A stretch of DNA of 64,000 nucleotides from Longimicrobiales bacterium (GTDB lineage: Bacteria > Gemmatimonadota > Gemmatimonadetes > Longimicrobiales > Gaopeijiaceae), in contig JAWLHJ010000005.1 of assembly GCA_041690395.1 (NCBI GenBank), positions 552,134 to 616,133 of the forward strand. Direction: 5' to 3'. The first letter of the stretch is position 1; each line of letters starts with the position of its first letter. Below, in pieces: positions 9,520-17,830 of this stretch. Under the pieces are notes generated by a model. It saw only the letters and a list, made by a program, of their open reading frames with translations. It made no database searches and was not told where the DNA came from. The position numbers and the translations under genes are program-made.

Positions 9520-9706
9520 GATCGCGAGGAAAACTGCACAATCGTGCGGTCGAAGATCGCGGTCGTGTGACTTTGCCCCGCTGAGCGAGGAGAACGGCAC
9601 AGGGGGCCGAGTAAGGTCGCGCCCCGTGTGCGATTTGCCCCGGTATGCGGGGAGAACCAACACACTAGTGCCTTGGATCCTCGAGGGTGTGCGGTTTTCC
9701 CCGCCC
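9520..9706. repeat. Single diverged copy of the ~180-bp palindromic-module element (61-62 bp internal period)
   Basis: Modules GCGAGGAAAACTGCAC (9524), TTTGCCCCGCTGAGCGAGGAGAACGGCAC, TTTGCCCCGGTATGCGGGGAGAACC and GCGGTTTTCCCCGC. CCCCG starts at 9576, 9638 and 9699. AAACTGCACAATCGTGC is the reverse complement of the right end of the 29.6-kb unit. Confidence 0.7.
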
Positions 9707-9741
9707 GCCCACGCCCGCCGGCCCGCTAGTCGGTGGGATCC

Positions 9742-9903
9742 ATGACCATCGGGATGCATCGACACTTCGGAGTAACCGTCCACAAGGCAGTGCGTCCCGA
9801 TGGTAGTGTGTTTACCAGGGGCGCCAGCTTCAACACTGATGTCGCCCTGCCCCTTCCGGGCGGAGCCTTCACGATAGACACACCTCTCAACCCACGTCGA
9901 TGA
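9742..9903 (+). CDS. Possible 53-aa ORF or gene fragment, translationally coupled to the next ORF
   Basis: Manual translation MTIGMHRHFGVTVHKAVRPDGSVFTRGASFNTDVALPLPGGAFTIDTPLNPRR*; the stop overlaps the next start (ATGA at 9900-9903). Confidence 0.3.
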   Translation: MTIGMHRHFGVTVHKAVRPDGSVFTRGASFNTDVALPLPGGAFTIDTPLNPRR

Positions 9904-10145
9904 CGATTCAGGAGTTCATTACCGGAGCCGCCGTCGTGGAGGGGATTCTTATGGCGAGCCTTGATTTGCGGCTTCGGAGACACCTCCGGGCAGGTATCCG
10001 CGAAGACCAGCTTGGTCCTGTCCCATTGTACTGGCAGGAGCCCGACTTCTTCACCGCGACAGGCGATCGGTACCGACGGGCCCTCGTGGTGCTGACCTGG
10101 CTCATGTTGGGCACGGTCTTGAGCCTTGCCTTCACGATGGTGTGA
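9900..10145 (+). CDS. Small two-TM hypothetical protein
   Basis: 81 aa with hydrophobic N- and C-terminal segments; lower-GC islet. Confidence 0.45.
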   Translation: MTIQEFITGAAVVEGILMASLDLRLRRHLRAGIREDQLGPVPLYWQEPDFFTATGDRYRRALVVLTWLMLGTVLSLAFTMV

Positions 10146-10149
10146 GTGT

Positions 10150-10325
10150 CGTGGCAGTCGGTCGCGAACTTCGTCCCACGAAACGAACTCGGGGGGCGAC
10201 ATGGCCAGCCTCCGCTCGAGCTCATCGACGTGCCATTCGCGAATCGGCACATCGCCTGAGCTAGCCGCCATCAAATCCCAGGCCTCTCCAAAGAGCGCGA
10301 TTCGCTCCTCAGGTGGGCGGCCCAT
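10150..10325 (-). pseudogene. Remnant of a putative addiction-module antitoxin (TIGR02574-like)
   Basis: PPEERIALFGEAWDLM...IREWHVDELERRLA...FVSWDEVRDRL matches the family pattern ER..L...W....EL.RR....SW.EV..RL. The N-terminus is short and the frame has no stop where expected (it runs on to 9726). Confidence 0.55.
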
Positions 10326-10368
10326 GGACCTATCGTGTTGACCCGAGCGTAGAGCATACGTTGGAGGT

Positions 10369-10632
10369 GTGACCAGCTACAAGAAGACACTCGCCAAGGT
10401 CCTCCGGGGTAGCTCGGATGCCAACATCAGGTTCGTCGACCTGAGAACGCTGCTCGCGGCCCTGGGCTTTGAGGAGCGGATCAAGGGCGGTCACCATATC
10501 TTCAGTCTCGAAGGACGCGAGGCCGCGCTGAACCTCCAGCCCAGGGGCTCGAGAGCCAAGGCGTATCAGGTGAAGCAGGTCCGACGGATCATCATTGAGC
10601 ACGGGCTGGCCAACGATGAAGAAGACGACTAA
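10369..10632 (+). CDS. hicA: HicA family type II toxin (mRNA interferase)
   Basis: GGAGGT SD then GTG; NIRF.DL..LL..LGF..RIKGGHHIF...LNLQP..AK.YQVKQVR. Confidence 0.85.
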   Translation: MTSYKKTLAKVLRGSSDANIRFVDLRTLLAALGFEERIKGGHHIFSLEGREAALNLQPRGSRAKAYQVKQVRRIIIEHGLANDEEDD

Positions 10633-10843
10633 GCACCGCTACGAGATCGTCCTCTATTGGAGTGACGAGGACCAGGCATACATCGCCGAGGTCCCCGAGC
10701 TCGAGTGGTGTGCCGCCGACGGCGAGACCTATCAGGAGGCAATCGCGAACGTCGAGGTCGTCATCGATCAGTGGATCGAGACCGCCAGGGAGAAGGGCTG
10801 GAAGATCCCCGAGCCCAAGGCTCGCCGCCGGGTGTACGCCTGA
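10616..10843 (+). CDS. hicB: HicB family antitoxin (short form, no DNA-binding domain)
   Basis: YEIVLYWSDEDQAYIAEVPEL..C.ADG.T..EA..N...W...A...G..IPEP; overlaps the hicA end. Confidence 0.88.
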   Translation: MKKTTKHRYEIVLYWSDEDQAYIAEVPELEWCAADGETYQEAIANVEVVIDQWIETAREKGWKIPEPKARRRVYA

Positions 10844-10864
10844 GCGCCGGCGTCCGCCACCGTC

Positions 10865-12634
10865 TTACGAAGCCGCCCCCGCCAGATCCTCCGACTCCAG
10901 GTCCTCCTCCAGCATCTGGCGGCGTAACAGCCGCGCGTAGGTGCCGCCCCCGCCGATGAGCTCGGCGTGCCGCCCCCGCTCCACGATCCGTCCGTCCTCG
11001 AGCACCAGGATCAGGTCGGCGTGCATGACCGCCGAGACCCGGTGGCTGATGATGAACGTGGTGTGCGTGGCCGTGACCGAGCGGAGGTCGGCGAGGATCT
11101 TCGCCTCGGTGTGCGTGTCGACGGCGCTCAGGGCGTCGTCCAGCAGGAGGATCTTCGGATCGCGGGCCAGCGCGCGGGCGAGGGCGGCCCGCTGCTTCTG
11201 CCCCCCGGACAGGTTGATGCCGCGCTCCCCGAGGGGGGTCTGGTAGCCGCGCGGAAAATCACGGACCTGCTCGTCGAGCTGGGCAACCCGCGCGGCCTCC
11301 TCGACCACCTCCGGATCGGGGTCGCCCTCCAACCCCAGCGCGATGTTCGCGGCGATGGTGTCGCTGAACAGGAAGGCGTCCTGGGGCACCATGCCGATGA
11401 GCCCGCGCAGGCCGGCGGGGTCGAGGTCGGGCAGGGGCACCCCGTCGAGGAGCACCCGCCCCTCGGTCGGGTCGTAGAGCCGCGGGATCAGCGAGACCAG
11501 GGTGCTCTTCCCCGACCCGGTGGGCCCGACGACGGCGACGGTGGCGCCGGCGGGCGCCGTGAAGTCGATGTCGTGGAGCACGGGCCTCGTCGTGCCCGGG
11601 TACGCGAACGACACGCCCTCGAAACGGATCTCACCCCTGGGCTCCTCGAGCCGCACCGGGTTCGGCGGAGTCGACACGGCGGGCTCCGTGTTCAGGATCT
11701 TGTTGATCCGCCCCATGGAGGCCGAGCCCCGCTGGTACAGGTTCACCACCCAGCCGAGGGCGATCATCGGCCACACCAGCAGCGTCAGGTAGAACGTGAA
11801 CGCGACGAAGTCGCCCACGGTGATCCGCCCCGCGATGACCTCGAGCCCGCCGAGCCAGGTCACGAGCACCATCGAGATCCCGGCGATGAGCATGAGGAGC
11901 GGTCGGAACGCGCCGGTCGAGATGACCAGCTTCATGTTCCGCTCGCGGTAGTCCTCGTTGAACGCGTCGAAGCGTCGAGCTTGGTCGGTCTCCTGGCCAT
12001 AGGCCCGTACGATGCGCACGCCCGTGAGGTTCTCCTGCACGAACGTCGACAGCGCCGAGAACTGCTCCTGGATCCGCTCGAAGCGCTCGTGGATGATGTG
12101 GCCGAACTTGATCATGATCGGCGGGAGCGCGAGCAGCGGGAGCACGGCGTACATCGTGAGTCGCGGGCTCATCCAGAGCATGAGGCTCAGCGTGAGCGTG
12201 AACGTGACCGTGGTGTTCACCGTGTACATCACGGCGGGGCCCACGGCCATCCGTACCGCGAGGGTGTCGTTGGTCGCGTGGCTCATCAGGTCTCCGGTCC
12301 GCACGCGGCCGTAGAACGCTGGGTCGAGCCGGAGGAGGTGCCGGAAGAAGTCGTCGCGGATGTCGGCCTCCATGCGGCGGCTGATCCCGTTCAGCAGCTC
12401 GCGCATGCCGTACCGGAAGACCCCGCCCACGAACGCGACCAGCACGATGAGCCCCGCGAGCCCGGCGATGCGCGACCGGGTCACCTCGGGGTCGCCGATC
12501 CCGTCGATGGCCAGCTTCAGCAGCCACGGGCCCGCGACCTGGAAGACGTTGGCGAACAGGACGCAGACGAGCCCGAGCGTGAAGCCCTTCAGGTAGGGCC
12601 GGAAGTACGGGAGGACGGTGCGGAGCTCACCCAC
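10865..12634 (-). CDS. ABC exporter, fused TMD + NBD (MdlA/YheI-like)
   Basis: Six TM segments, RTGDLMS, GPTGSGKST, LSGGQKQR, LLLDDALSAVD, ISHR. Confidence 0.93.
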   Translation of the reverse strand: MGELRTVLPYFRPYLKGFTLGLVCVLFANVFQVAGPWLLKLAIDGIGDPEVTRSRIAGLAGLIVLVAFVGGVFRYGMRELLNGISRRMEADIRDDFFRHLLRLDPAFYGRVRTGDLMSHATNDTLAVRMAVGPAVMYTVNTTVTFTLTLSLMLWMSPRLTMYAVLPLLALPPIMIKFGHIIHERFERIQEQFSALSTFVQENLTGVRIVRAYGQETDQARRFDAFNEDYRERNMKLVISTGAFRPLLMLIAGISMVLVTWLGGLEVIAGRITVGDFVAFTFYLTLLVWPMIALGWVVNLYQRGSASMGRINKILNTEPAVSTPPNPVRLEEPRGEIRFEGVSFAYPGTTRPVLHDIDFTAPAGATVAVVGPTGSGKSTLVSLIPRLYDPTEGRVLLDGVPLPDLDPAGLRGLIGMVPQDAFLFSDTIAANIALGLEGDPDPEVVEEAARVAQLDEQVRDFPRGYQTPLGERGINLSGGQKQRAALARALARDPKILLLDDALSAVDTHTEAKILADLRSVTATHTTFIISHRVSAVMHADLILVLEDGRIVERGRHAELIGGGGTYARLLRRQMLEEDLESEDLAGAAS

Positions 12635-12676
12635 CGGGCGCTCCTCCGTCGCGGGCGGGTCGGTCGCGTCCGGTCA

Positions 12677-14449
12677 TCAGTACCCGAGCGCCGTGCCGCC
12701 CCGCCTGGGGTCCGACCACCCCGTCATCCGGCCGTCCTCGATGACGATCATCTGGACGTCGCCCGAGACCCCGGAGCGCTCGGTGACGGTGTGCCCGAGC
12801 GCCTCGAGGGCCGCCACCACGTTCGGCCGGAGGCCGCCGCGCTCGTACTGGATCTGGTCCGGGAGGTGCTGGTGGTGGATCCGCGGCGCATGCACCGCGT
12901 CGACCACGCCCATGCCGAAGTCGACCACGTTCGAGATCGTCTGGAAGACGGTCGTGATGATCGTCGACCCTCCGGGTGTGCCCGTCACGATCCGGAGCTC
13001 GCCCGCGGGGTCGAGCACGATCGTGGGCGTCATCGCGGACAGCATGCGCTTCCCCGGTGCGATGGCGTTGGCCTCGCCCTGGACCAGCCCGAACTGGTTC
13101 GGGACGCCCGGCTTCGAGGTGAAGTCGTCCATCTCGTTGTTGAGCACGAAGCCGGCCCCGGTCACGGTGACCTTACTCCCGTACCAGGAGTTGATGGTCG
13201 TCGTGATCGCGACCGCGTTCCCCTCGGCGTCGACGATGGAGAAGTGCGTCGTGTTCTCGCCCTCGTCCCAGGCCCCGAGACCCGGCTCGACGTCGGTGGA
13301 CGGTGTCGCGGCGTCGAGGGAGATGGTCGATGCGCGCTCCCGTCCGTATTCCGCGGACGTCATGCGCTCGAGTGGCTGGTCCACGTAGTCCGGATCGGCC
13401 AGGTAGTGGTTCCGGTCCGCGTATGCGCGCCGCCACGCCTCGGCGTACAGATGGAGCGTCTCCGGGGCGAACCGGTCGTGGGCCGCGAGGTCGTACACCT
13501 CGAGGATGTTGGCGATCTCCGCCATCGTCGCGCCCCCGGACGAGGAGGGAGGCATGGAGAGGACGGTGTGGTCCCGGTAGCGGAAGGTGATGGGGTCGCG
13601 CCAAGCCGGCTCGTACGCCTGGAGGTCGTCGTGCGTGATGATCCCTCCGCCGCGCTCCATCTCGGCGACGATCAGGTCGGCGGTCTCGCCGAGGTAGAAC
13701 CCGTCGGCGCCCTGGTCCCGGATGCGCTCGAGCGTCCGGGCCAGATCCGGCTGGCGGAGCGTGTCGCCCACGAGGGGCGGCTGGCCGTCGCGCGGCAGGA
13801 ACTGCGCGGCCGACGCCGCGAACGCCGACAGGCTTTCGACCATCTCCGGCGAGAGCGAGCCCAGGAAGCGCTCCCGCACCTCGAAGCCCTCGGCGAGCTG
13901 GACGGCCGGCGCCACGAGGTCGGCCCACGGGAGCGTGCCGTACCGCTCGTGCGCGGCCCACATGCCGGCCACGGAGCCTGGGACCCCGGACGCCAGGTGC
14001 CCCACGACCGAGCGGTCGGTGACGTTCCCCTCCTCGTCGAGGTACATGTCCCGCGTCGCCGCGAGCGGCGCCTTCTCACGGAAGTCGAGCGCGGCCGCCT
14101 CGCCGTCGCCGGTGCGGAGGACCATGAAGCCGCCGCCGCCGATGTTGCCCGCCTCGGGGTTCACCACCGCGAGCGCGAACTGGACGGCCACGGCCGCGTC
14201 GACCGCGTTTCCGCCCCTGCGCAGAACGTCCAGGCCCACGTGGCTCGCGAGCTCGTCCGTGGTCACGACCATACCGCTGTCCGCGACGACCGGCTCCCCG
14301 CCGACGTACGTCCAGTTCTCCGGGAAGCGGTCGGTGCTCGGCTCGGCGCAGGCGAGCGCTCCCAACACGAGCGCGCCCGTCATGGCGAGCAGGGCGGGGC
14401 GAGCGGTCGGTCGGGCCGGGCGGCGCGTTTCGTGCTGGGGCATGGTCAT
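12677..14449 (-). CDS. ggt: Gamma-glutamyltransferase (lipoprotein signal)
   Basis: GGNAVDAAVA, GNIGGGGF, DFRE.AP, PPSSSGG, TTHFSIVD (catalytic Thr), LNNEMDDF, PGKRMLSAMTPT, DPRRGG; lipobox ALAC. Start placed at MTMPQ. Confidence 0.94.
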   Translation of the reverse strand: MTMPQHETRRPARPTARPALLAMTGALVLGALACAEPSTDRFPENWTYVGGEPVVADSGMVVTTDELASHVGLDVLRRGGNAVDAAVAVQFALAVVNPEAGNIGGGGFMVLRTGDGEAAALDFREKAPLAATRDMYLDEEGNVTDRSVVGHLASGVPGSVAGMWAAHERYGTLPWADLVAPAVQLAEGFEVRERFLGSLSPEMVESLSAFAASAAQFLPRDGQPPLVGDTLRQPDLARTLERIRDQGADGFYLGETADLIVAEMERGGGIITHDDLQAYEPAWRDPITFRYRDHTVLSMPPSSSGGATMAEIANILEVYDLAAHDRFAPETLHLYAEAWRRAYADRNHYLADPDYVDQPLERMTSAEYGRERASTISLDAATPSTDVEPGLGAWDEGENTTHFSIVDAEGNAVAITTTINSWYGSKVTVTGAGFVLNNEMDDFTSKPGVPNQFGLVQGEANAIAPGKRMLSAMTPTIVLDPAGELRIVTGTPGGSTIITTVFQTISNVVDFGMGVVDAVHAPRIHHQHLPDQIQYERGGLRPNVVAALEALGHTVTERSGVSGDVQMIVIEDGRMTGWSDPRRGGTALGY

Positions 14450-14507
14450 GGGCCGGGCTTCTGGTGGAGCGGAGGTGTCGGAACGAAGTGGACGCCCCAT
14501 GGAGGCG

Positions 14508-14519
14508 TACACTAGTGTA
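14508..14519. promoter_or_regulatory. Perfect palindrome TACACTAGTGTA between divergent ggt and murQ (back-to-back -10-like hexamers or an operator)
   Basis: 12-bp AT-rich perfect palindrome in a GC-rich intergenic gap; reads TACACT on both strands. Confidence 0.4.
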
Positions 14520-14599
14520 GTGCGACGACACACCCGTGCGGCGACAGGCCCCACGAGCTTCTCCGGAAGATCAGCCATGCCGAGGAGACGTACAAGCCG

Positions 14600-15502
14600 A
14601 TGCTGGACTCACGTCTGACCGAGCAGCGGAACGAGCGGTCCGAGCGGATCGACGAGCTCGACCCGCTGGAGCTCGTCGAGCTGATCAACGCCGAGGACCG
14701 CCGGGTCCCGGAAGCCGTATGGGAAGTCCGCCACGAGGTCGCGCGCGCCCTGGAGCTCGCGGAGACCGCCTTCCGCGCGGGCGGACGGCTGATCTACGTC
14801 GGCGCCGGAACGTCCGGGCGGCTCGGGGTGCTCGACGCCGCGGAGATGCCCCCGACGTACGGCACCGACCCGGAGATGGTCCGGGGGGTGATCGCCGGTG
14901 GGTACGAGGCGCTGGTCCGGGCCCAGGAGGGCGCCGAGGACCACCCCGAAGACGGGGCCCGCGCCATGGACGAGGCCGGGGTCGGCCCCGAGGACTTCGT
15001 GCTGGGGATCGCCACGTCCGGCACGACCCCGTATGTACACGGCGCCCTGGAGCGTGCCCGGGAGCTCGGCGCGCGCACCGGCTTCCTTCTCTGTACGCCC
15101 CCGAACGACGAGCTGATCGCCGCCCACGACGTGGTGATCGCGCCGCTGGTCGGCCCCGAGGTGGTGACCGGCTCCACCCGCATGAAGGCGGGCACGGCCA
15201 CCAAGCTGGTGCTCAACACCATCACGACCGGGGCGATGGTGCGGCTAGGCAAGGTGCACGGGAACCTCATGGTCGATCTCCAGGTGACCTGCGAGAAGCT
15301 GCAGGACCGCGCCGAGCGGATCCTCGTGGCGCTCGTGGACACCGACCGCGAGCGGGCCCGGGCGCTCCTGGCCGAGGCCGACGGGCAGTTGAAGACCGCG
15401 CTCGTCATGGGGCGCCTCGGCATCGGAGCCGCCGCCGCCAGGGAGCGGATCGACGCCCACGGGGGCGTGGTGTCACGGGCCCTCGAGTCCCCCTCCGGAT
15501 GA
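14600..15502 (+). CDS. murQ: N-acetylmuramic acid 6-phosphate etherase
   Basis: TEQRN, GGRLIYVGAGTSGRLGVLDAAEMPPTYG, EGAED, GPEVVTGSTRMKAGTATK, GKVHGNLMVD. Confidence 0.95.
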   Translation: MLDSRLTEQRNERSERIDELDPLELVELINAEDRRVPEAVWEVRHEVARALELAETAFRAGGRLIYVGAGTSGRLGVLDAAEMPPTYGTDPEMVRGVIAGGYEALVRAQEGAEDHPEDGARAMDEAGVGPEDFVLGIATSGTTPYVHGALERARELGARTGFLLCTPPNDELIAAHDVVIAPLVGPEVVTGSTRMKAGTATKLVLNTITTGAMVRLGKVHGNLMVDLQVTCEKLQDRAERILVALVDTDRERARALLAEADGQLKTALVMGRLGIGAAAARERIDAHGGVVSRALESPSG

Positions 15503-17196
15503 CGGTGCGCGGTCCGCTCCGCGGGATCCTGCTCGCGGCCTCTCTCGTCCTGGCGACCGGCTTCGTGTGGGCGGCGTTCAATCCCGCCCCGCACACCGGC
15601 GGCGACAACGCCGGCTACCTCGCCCTCGCTCACGCGCTCATCGAAGGGGAAGGGTACGTCGACGCGTTCGACCCGCTCCGGGCCCCGCACACCAAGTACC
15701 CCCCGCTCTTCGCGCTCCTCCTGGCCGCGGCGGCCACGCTCGGGGCCTCGACCTGGTCGGCGTTCAAGGCGCTGGTCGCCGTCGCCACCGTCTTCGGTGT
15801 CGGCGTGACCTTCCTCTGGGCCGAGCGACGCCTCGGCCCGTGGCGGGCGTTCGGGGTCTCCGTGCTCGTCGCCGCGTCCGCGGGCGTGGTCTACTACAGC
15901 CACTGGATTCTCTCGGACCCCGTCTTCGTGCTCCTGACCATTGTCGCGCTATGGGCGCTGGAGCGTGGTGAGGCACGTTCCTGGGATCCCCGCTGGATCG
16001 CCGCGGGGTGCCTGGCGGCGCTCGGGGCGTACTTCACACGCTCGGCGGGGCTGCCGTTGCTCGTCGCCGTGCTGGTCTGGCTCGCGTTGCGGCGGCGGTT
16101 CCGGCTGCTCGCGTTCGCCGCCGTGGCCTTCGCGGTGCCAGCGGGGCTCTGGTTGGTCCGGGGTCTGGGGACGGGCGTCGGCGACTACGGCGCGGAGTTC
16201 TGGCTGGTCGACCCCTACGAGCCGGGCCTCGGCACCGTCGGTCTCGGCGGGCTCGCGGGCCGCGCCCTGGGGAACGGCGTGGCGTACGCGACGCGGCACC
16301 TCCCGGCCGCTATCGTCGGCACCCAGGGGCTGTGGACCCTGGCCCTCGGTGTCGCGCTCCTGGCGACCGCCGCCTGGGGATGGTGGCGTCGGGCGCGCGA
16401 GAAACCCGCCGTCGCCGAGCTCTTCCTTCCTCTCTACCTGGGTCTCATCCTGCTGTGGCCCGAGGTGTGGGGAGGCGACCGGTTCGTGCTACCCGTGCTG
16501 CCGCTCCTGCTCGTGTACGCCGCGGTCGCCCTCGAGGGGTGGACGCGTCGGCTGGGAGGAGGCGCCCGCGTGGTCGCCGCCGCGGCCTTGCTCGTCGCGC
16601 TGATCCCCGCGCTGGGGAGCTGGGTGGGGGCCGTGTCCGACGCCCGCGCGTGCGCCTCGGTCGTCGAGGAGCAGGGTCCGTTCGCATGCTACGGGCCGAG
16701 GGTCACGGAGTTCGTCGAAGCCGCGGCCTGGATGGGTGGGGCGCTACCGGAGGGCTCCGCGGTCATGACCCGGAAGCCGCGCATCTTCTATTTGATGAGC
16801 GCGGGGGTGCCGAGCCGGACGTTCCCCTTCGTGCCCGACCCGGCCGCCCACCTCGCGGAAGCCGACGCCGTGGGCGCCCGCTACGTCCTGCTCGACCGCT
16901 GGGACGGACAGGCGGGCCGCTTCGTGGGCGCCGCGGTCCAGGCCCGCCCGGGGGCGTTCTGCTTCGTACGCGGGTTCGGTCCGGGACAAGTCGGCTCGTC
17001 CCAACTGCTCGGCATCCTGCCGCCCGAGCTGCGCACGGACGGAACGAGCGGACCCGGCGGTGTGTCCGTGGCGATGTGCCCCGCGGACTATCTGCGGCCG
17101 GGCGCTGGGGGCGGCCCCGACGGGGTGGGCGGCCGGGCGGGTCCGGTCGCGGGGGACGCGGCCCGGATCCCGTTGTTCTACTCGTCCGTCCCGTAG
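15499..17196 (+). CDS. Polytopic membrane protein, GT-C / ArnT-PMT-like glycosyltransferase
   Basis: ATG 15499 overlaps the murQ stop; GGDNAGY..LA..L, KYPPLF, LSDPVF, TR..G, RF.LP motifs; more than 10 TM segments. Confidence 0.72.
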   Translation: MTVRGPLRGILLAASLVLATGFVWAAFNPAPHTGGDNAGYLALAHALIEGEGYVDAFDPLRAPHTKYPPLFALLLAAAATLGASTWSAFKALVAVATVFGVGVTFLWAERRLGPWRAFGVSVLVAASAGVVYYSHWILSDPVFVLLTIVALWALERGEARSWDPRWIAAGCLAALGAYFTRSAGLPLLVAVLVWLALRRRFRLLAFAAVAFAVPAGLWLVRGLGTGVGDYGAEFWLVDPYEPGLGTVGLGGLAGRALGNGVAYATRHLPAAIVGTQGLWTLALGVALLATAAWGWWRRAREKPAVAELFLPLYLGLILLWPEVWGGDRFVLPVLPLLLVYAAVALEGWTRRLGGGARVVAAAALLVALIPALGSWVGAVSDARACASVVEEQGPFACYGPRVTEFVEAAAWMGGALPEGSAVMTRKPRIFYLMSAGVPSRTFPFVPDPAAHLAEADAVGARYVLLDRWDGQAGRFVGAAVQARPGAFCFVRGFGPGQVGSSQLLGILPPELRTDGTSGPGGVSVAMCPADYLRPGAGGGPDGVGGRAGPVAGDAARIPLFYSSVP

Positions 17197-17825
17197 AGGA
17201 CGCCGATGACGACACCGAACGCCAGATGCTCCAGGAACGCGCGGTCGCGACCGTCCGTCCCTTCGAGCACCCGTCCGACCACGGGGATCCGGCCTTGAGG
17301 CGTGGCCCTTCCGAACACCCGTCCGAGACCGCCCATCGGCACGGCGGCGTACTCCGCGGCACCGTACACGGCCCCGCGCAGGAGACCCGGACCCGGAAGC
17401 CTCGGCTGCACGACGGCCCCGTACACGAGGCCCTGCGCCACACCCGCGACGATGCGGTCCAACGTCCCGTCGTCGAGCGACGGGAGCTCTCGTTCTCCGC
17501 GCAGGAGCGGCCGGGCGAGCTCGACGAGCAGTGCGGCGCCGGCACCGGTGAGCCCCGCGCGGATCAGGTCCCCCACGCCGGTCGAGTGCCGGGGACGCCA
17601 CGCCGACAGCAGCCGGGCGGCCACCGCGGCGAGCCCCGCGGTGACGATCTGGTCGGTCTCCGGGAGCGGGAAGCGGCTCTTACTTCCCCCACGATCGGCT
17701 CCGGGCACGATGTCCCGGACCCGCCCGGCGAGCTCCGAGAGCGCGCCGCGCGCCTGGGACGGGCCCTCGCGAGCCTGGGCGAAGAGGTAGCCGAGTCGGT
17801 ACCAGGGATTGGAATCGGAGGACAT
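17178..17825 (-). CDS. Hypothetical membrane-associated protein
   Basis: ATG 17825 (MSSDSNPWYRLGY...); G..YG and EHLAFG motifs in hydrophobic stretches. Confidence 0.6.
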   Translation of the reverse strand: MSSDSNPWYRLGYLFAQAREGPSQARGALSELAGRVRDIVPGADRGGSKSRFPLPETDQIVTAGLAAVAARLLSAWRPRHSTGVGDLIRAGLTGAGAALLVELARPLLRGERELPSLDDGTLDRIVAGVAQGLVYGAVVQPRLPGPGLLRGAVYGAAEYAAVPMGGLGRVFGRATPQGRIPVVGRVLEGTDGRDRAFLEHLAFGVVIGVLYGTDE

Positions 17826-17830
17826 CGTCG

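Noticed and set aside
14536..15498. N-terminal 321 aa of the 886-aa ORF 14536..17196
   Set aside because: It overlaps murQ in another frame and is low-complexity; the real gene most likely starts at ATG 15499.
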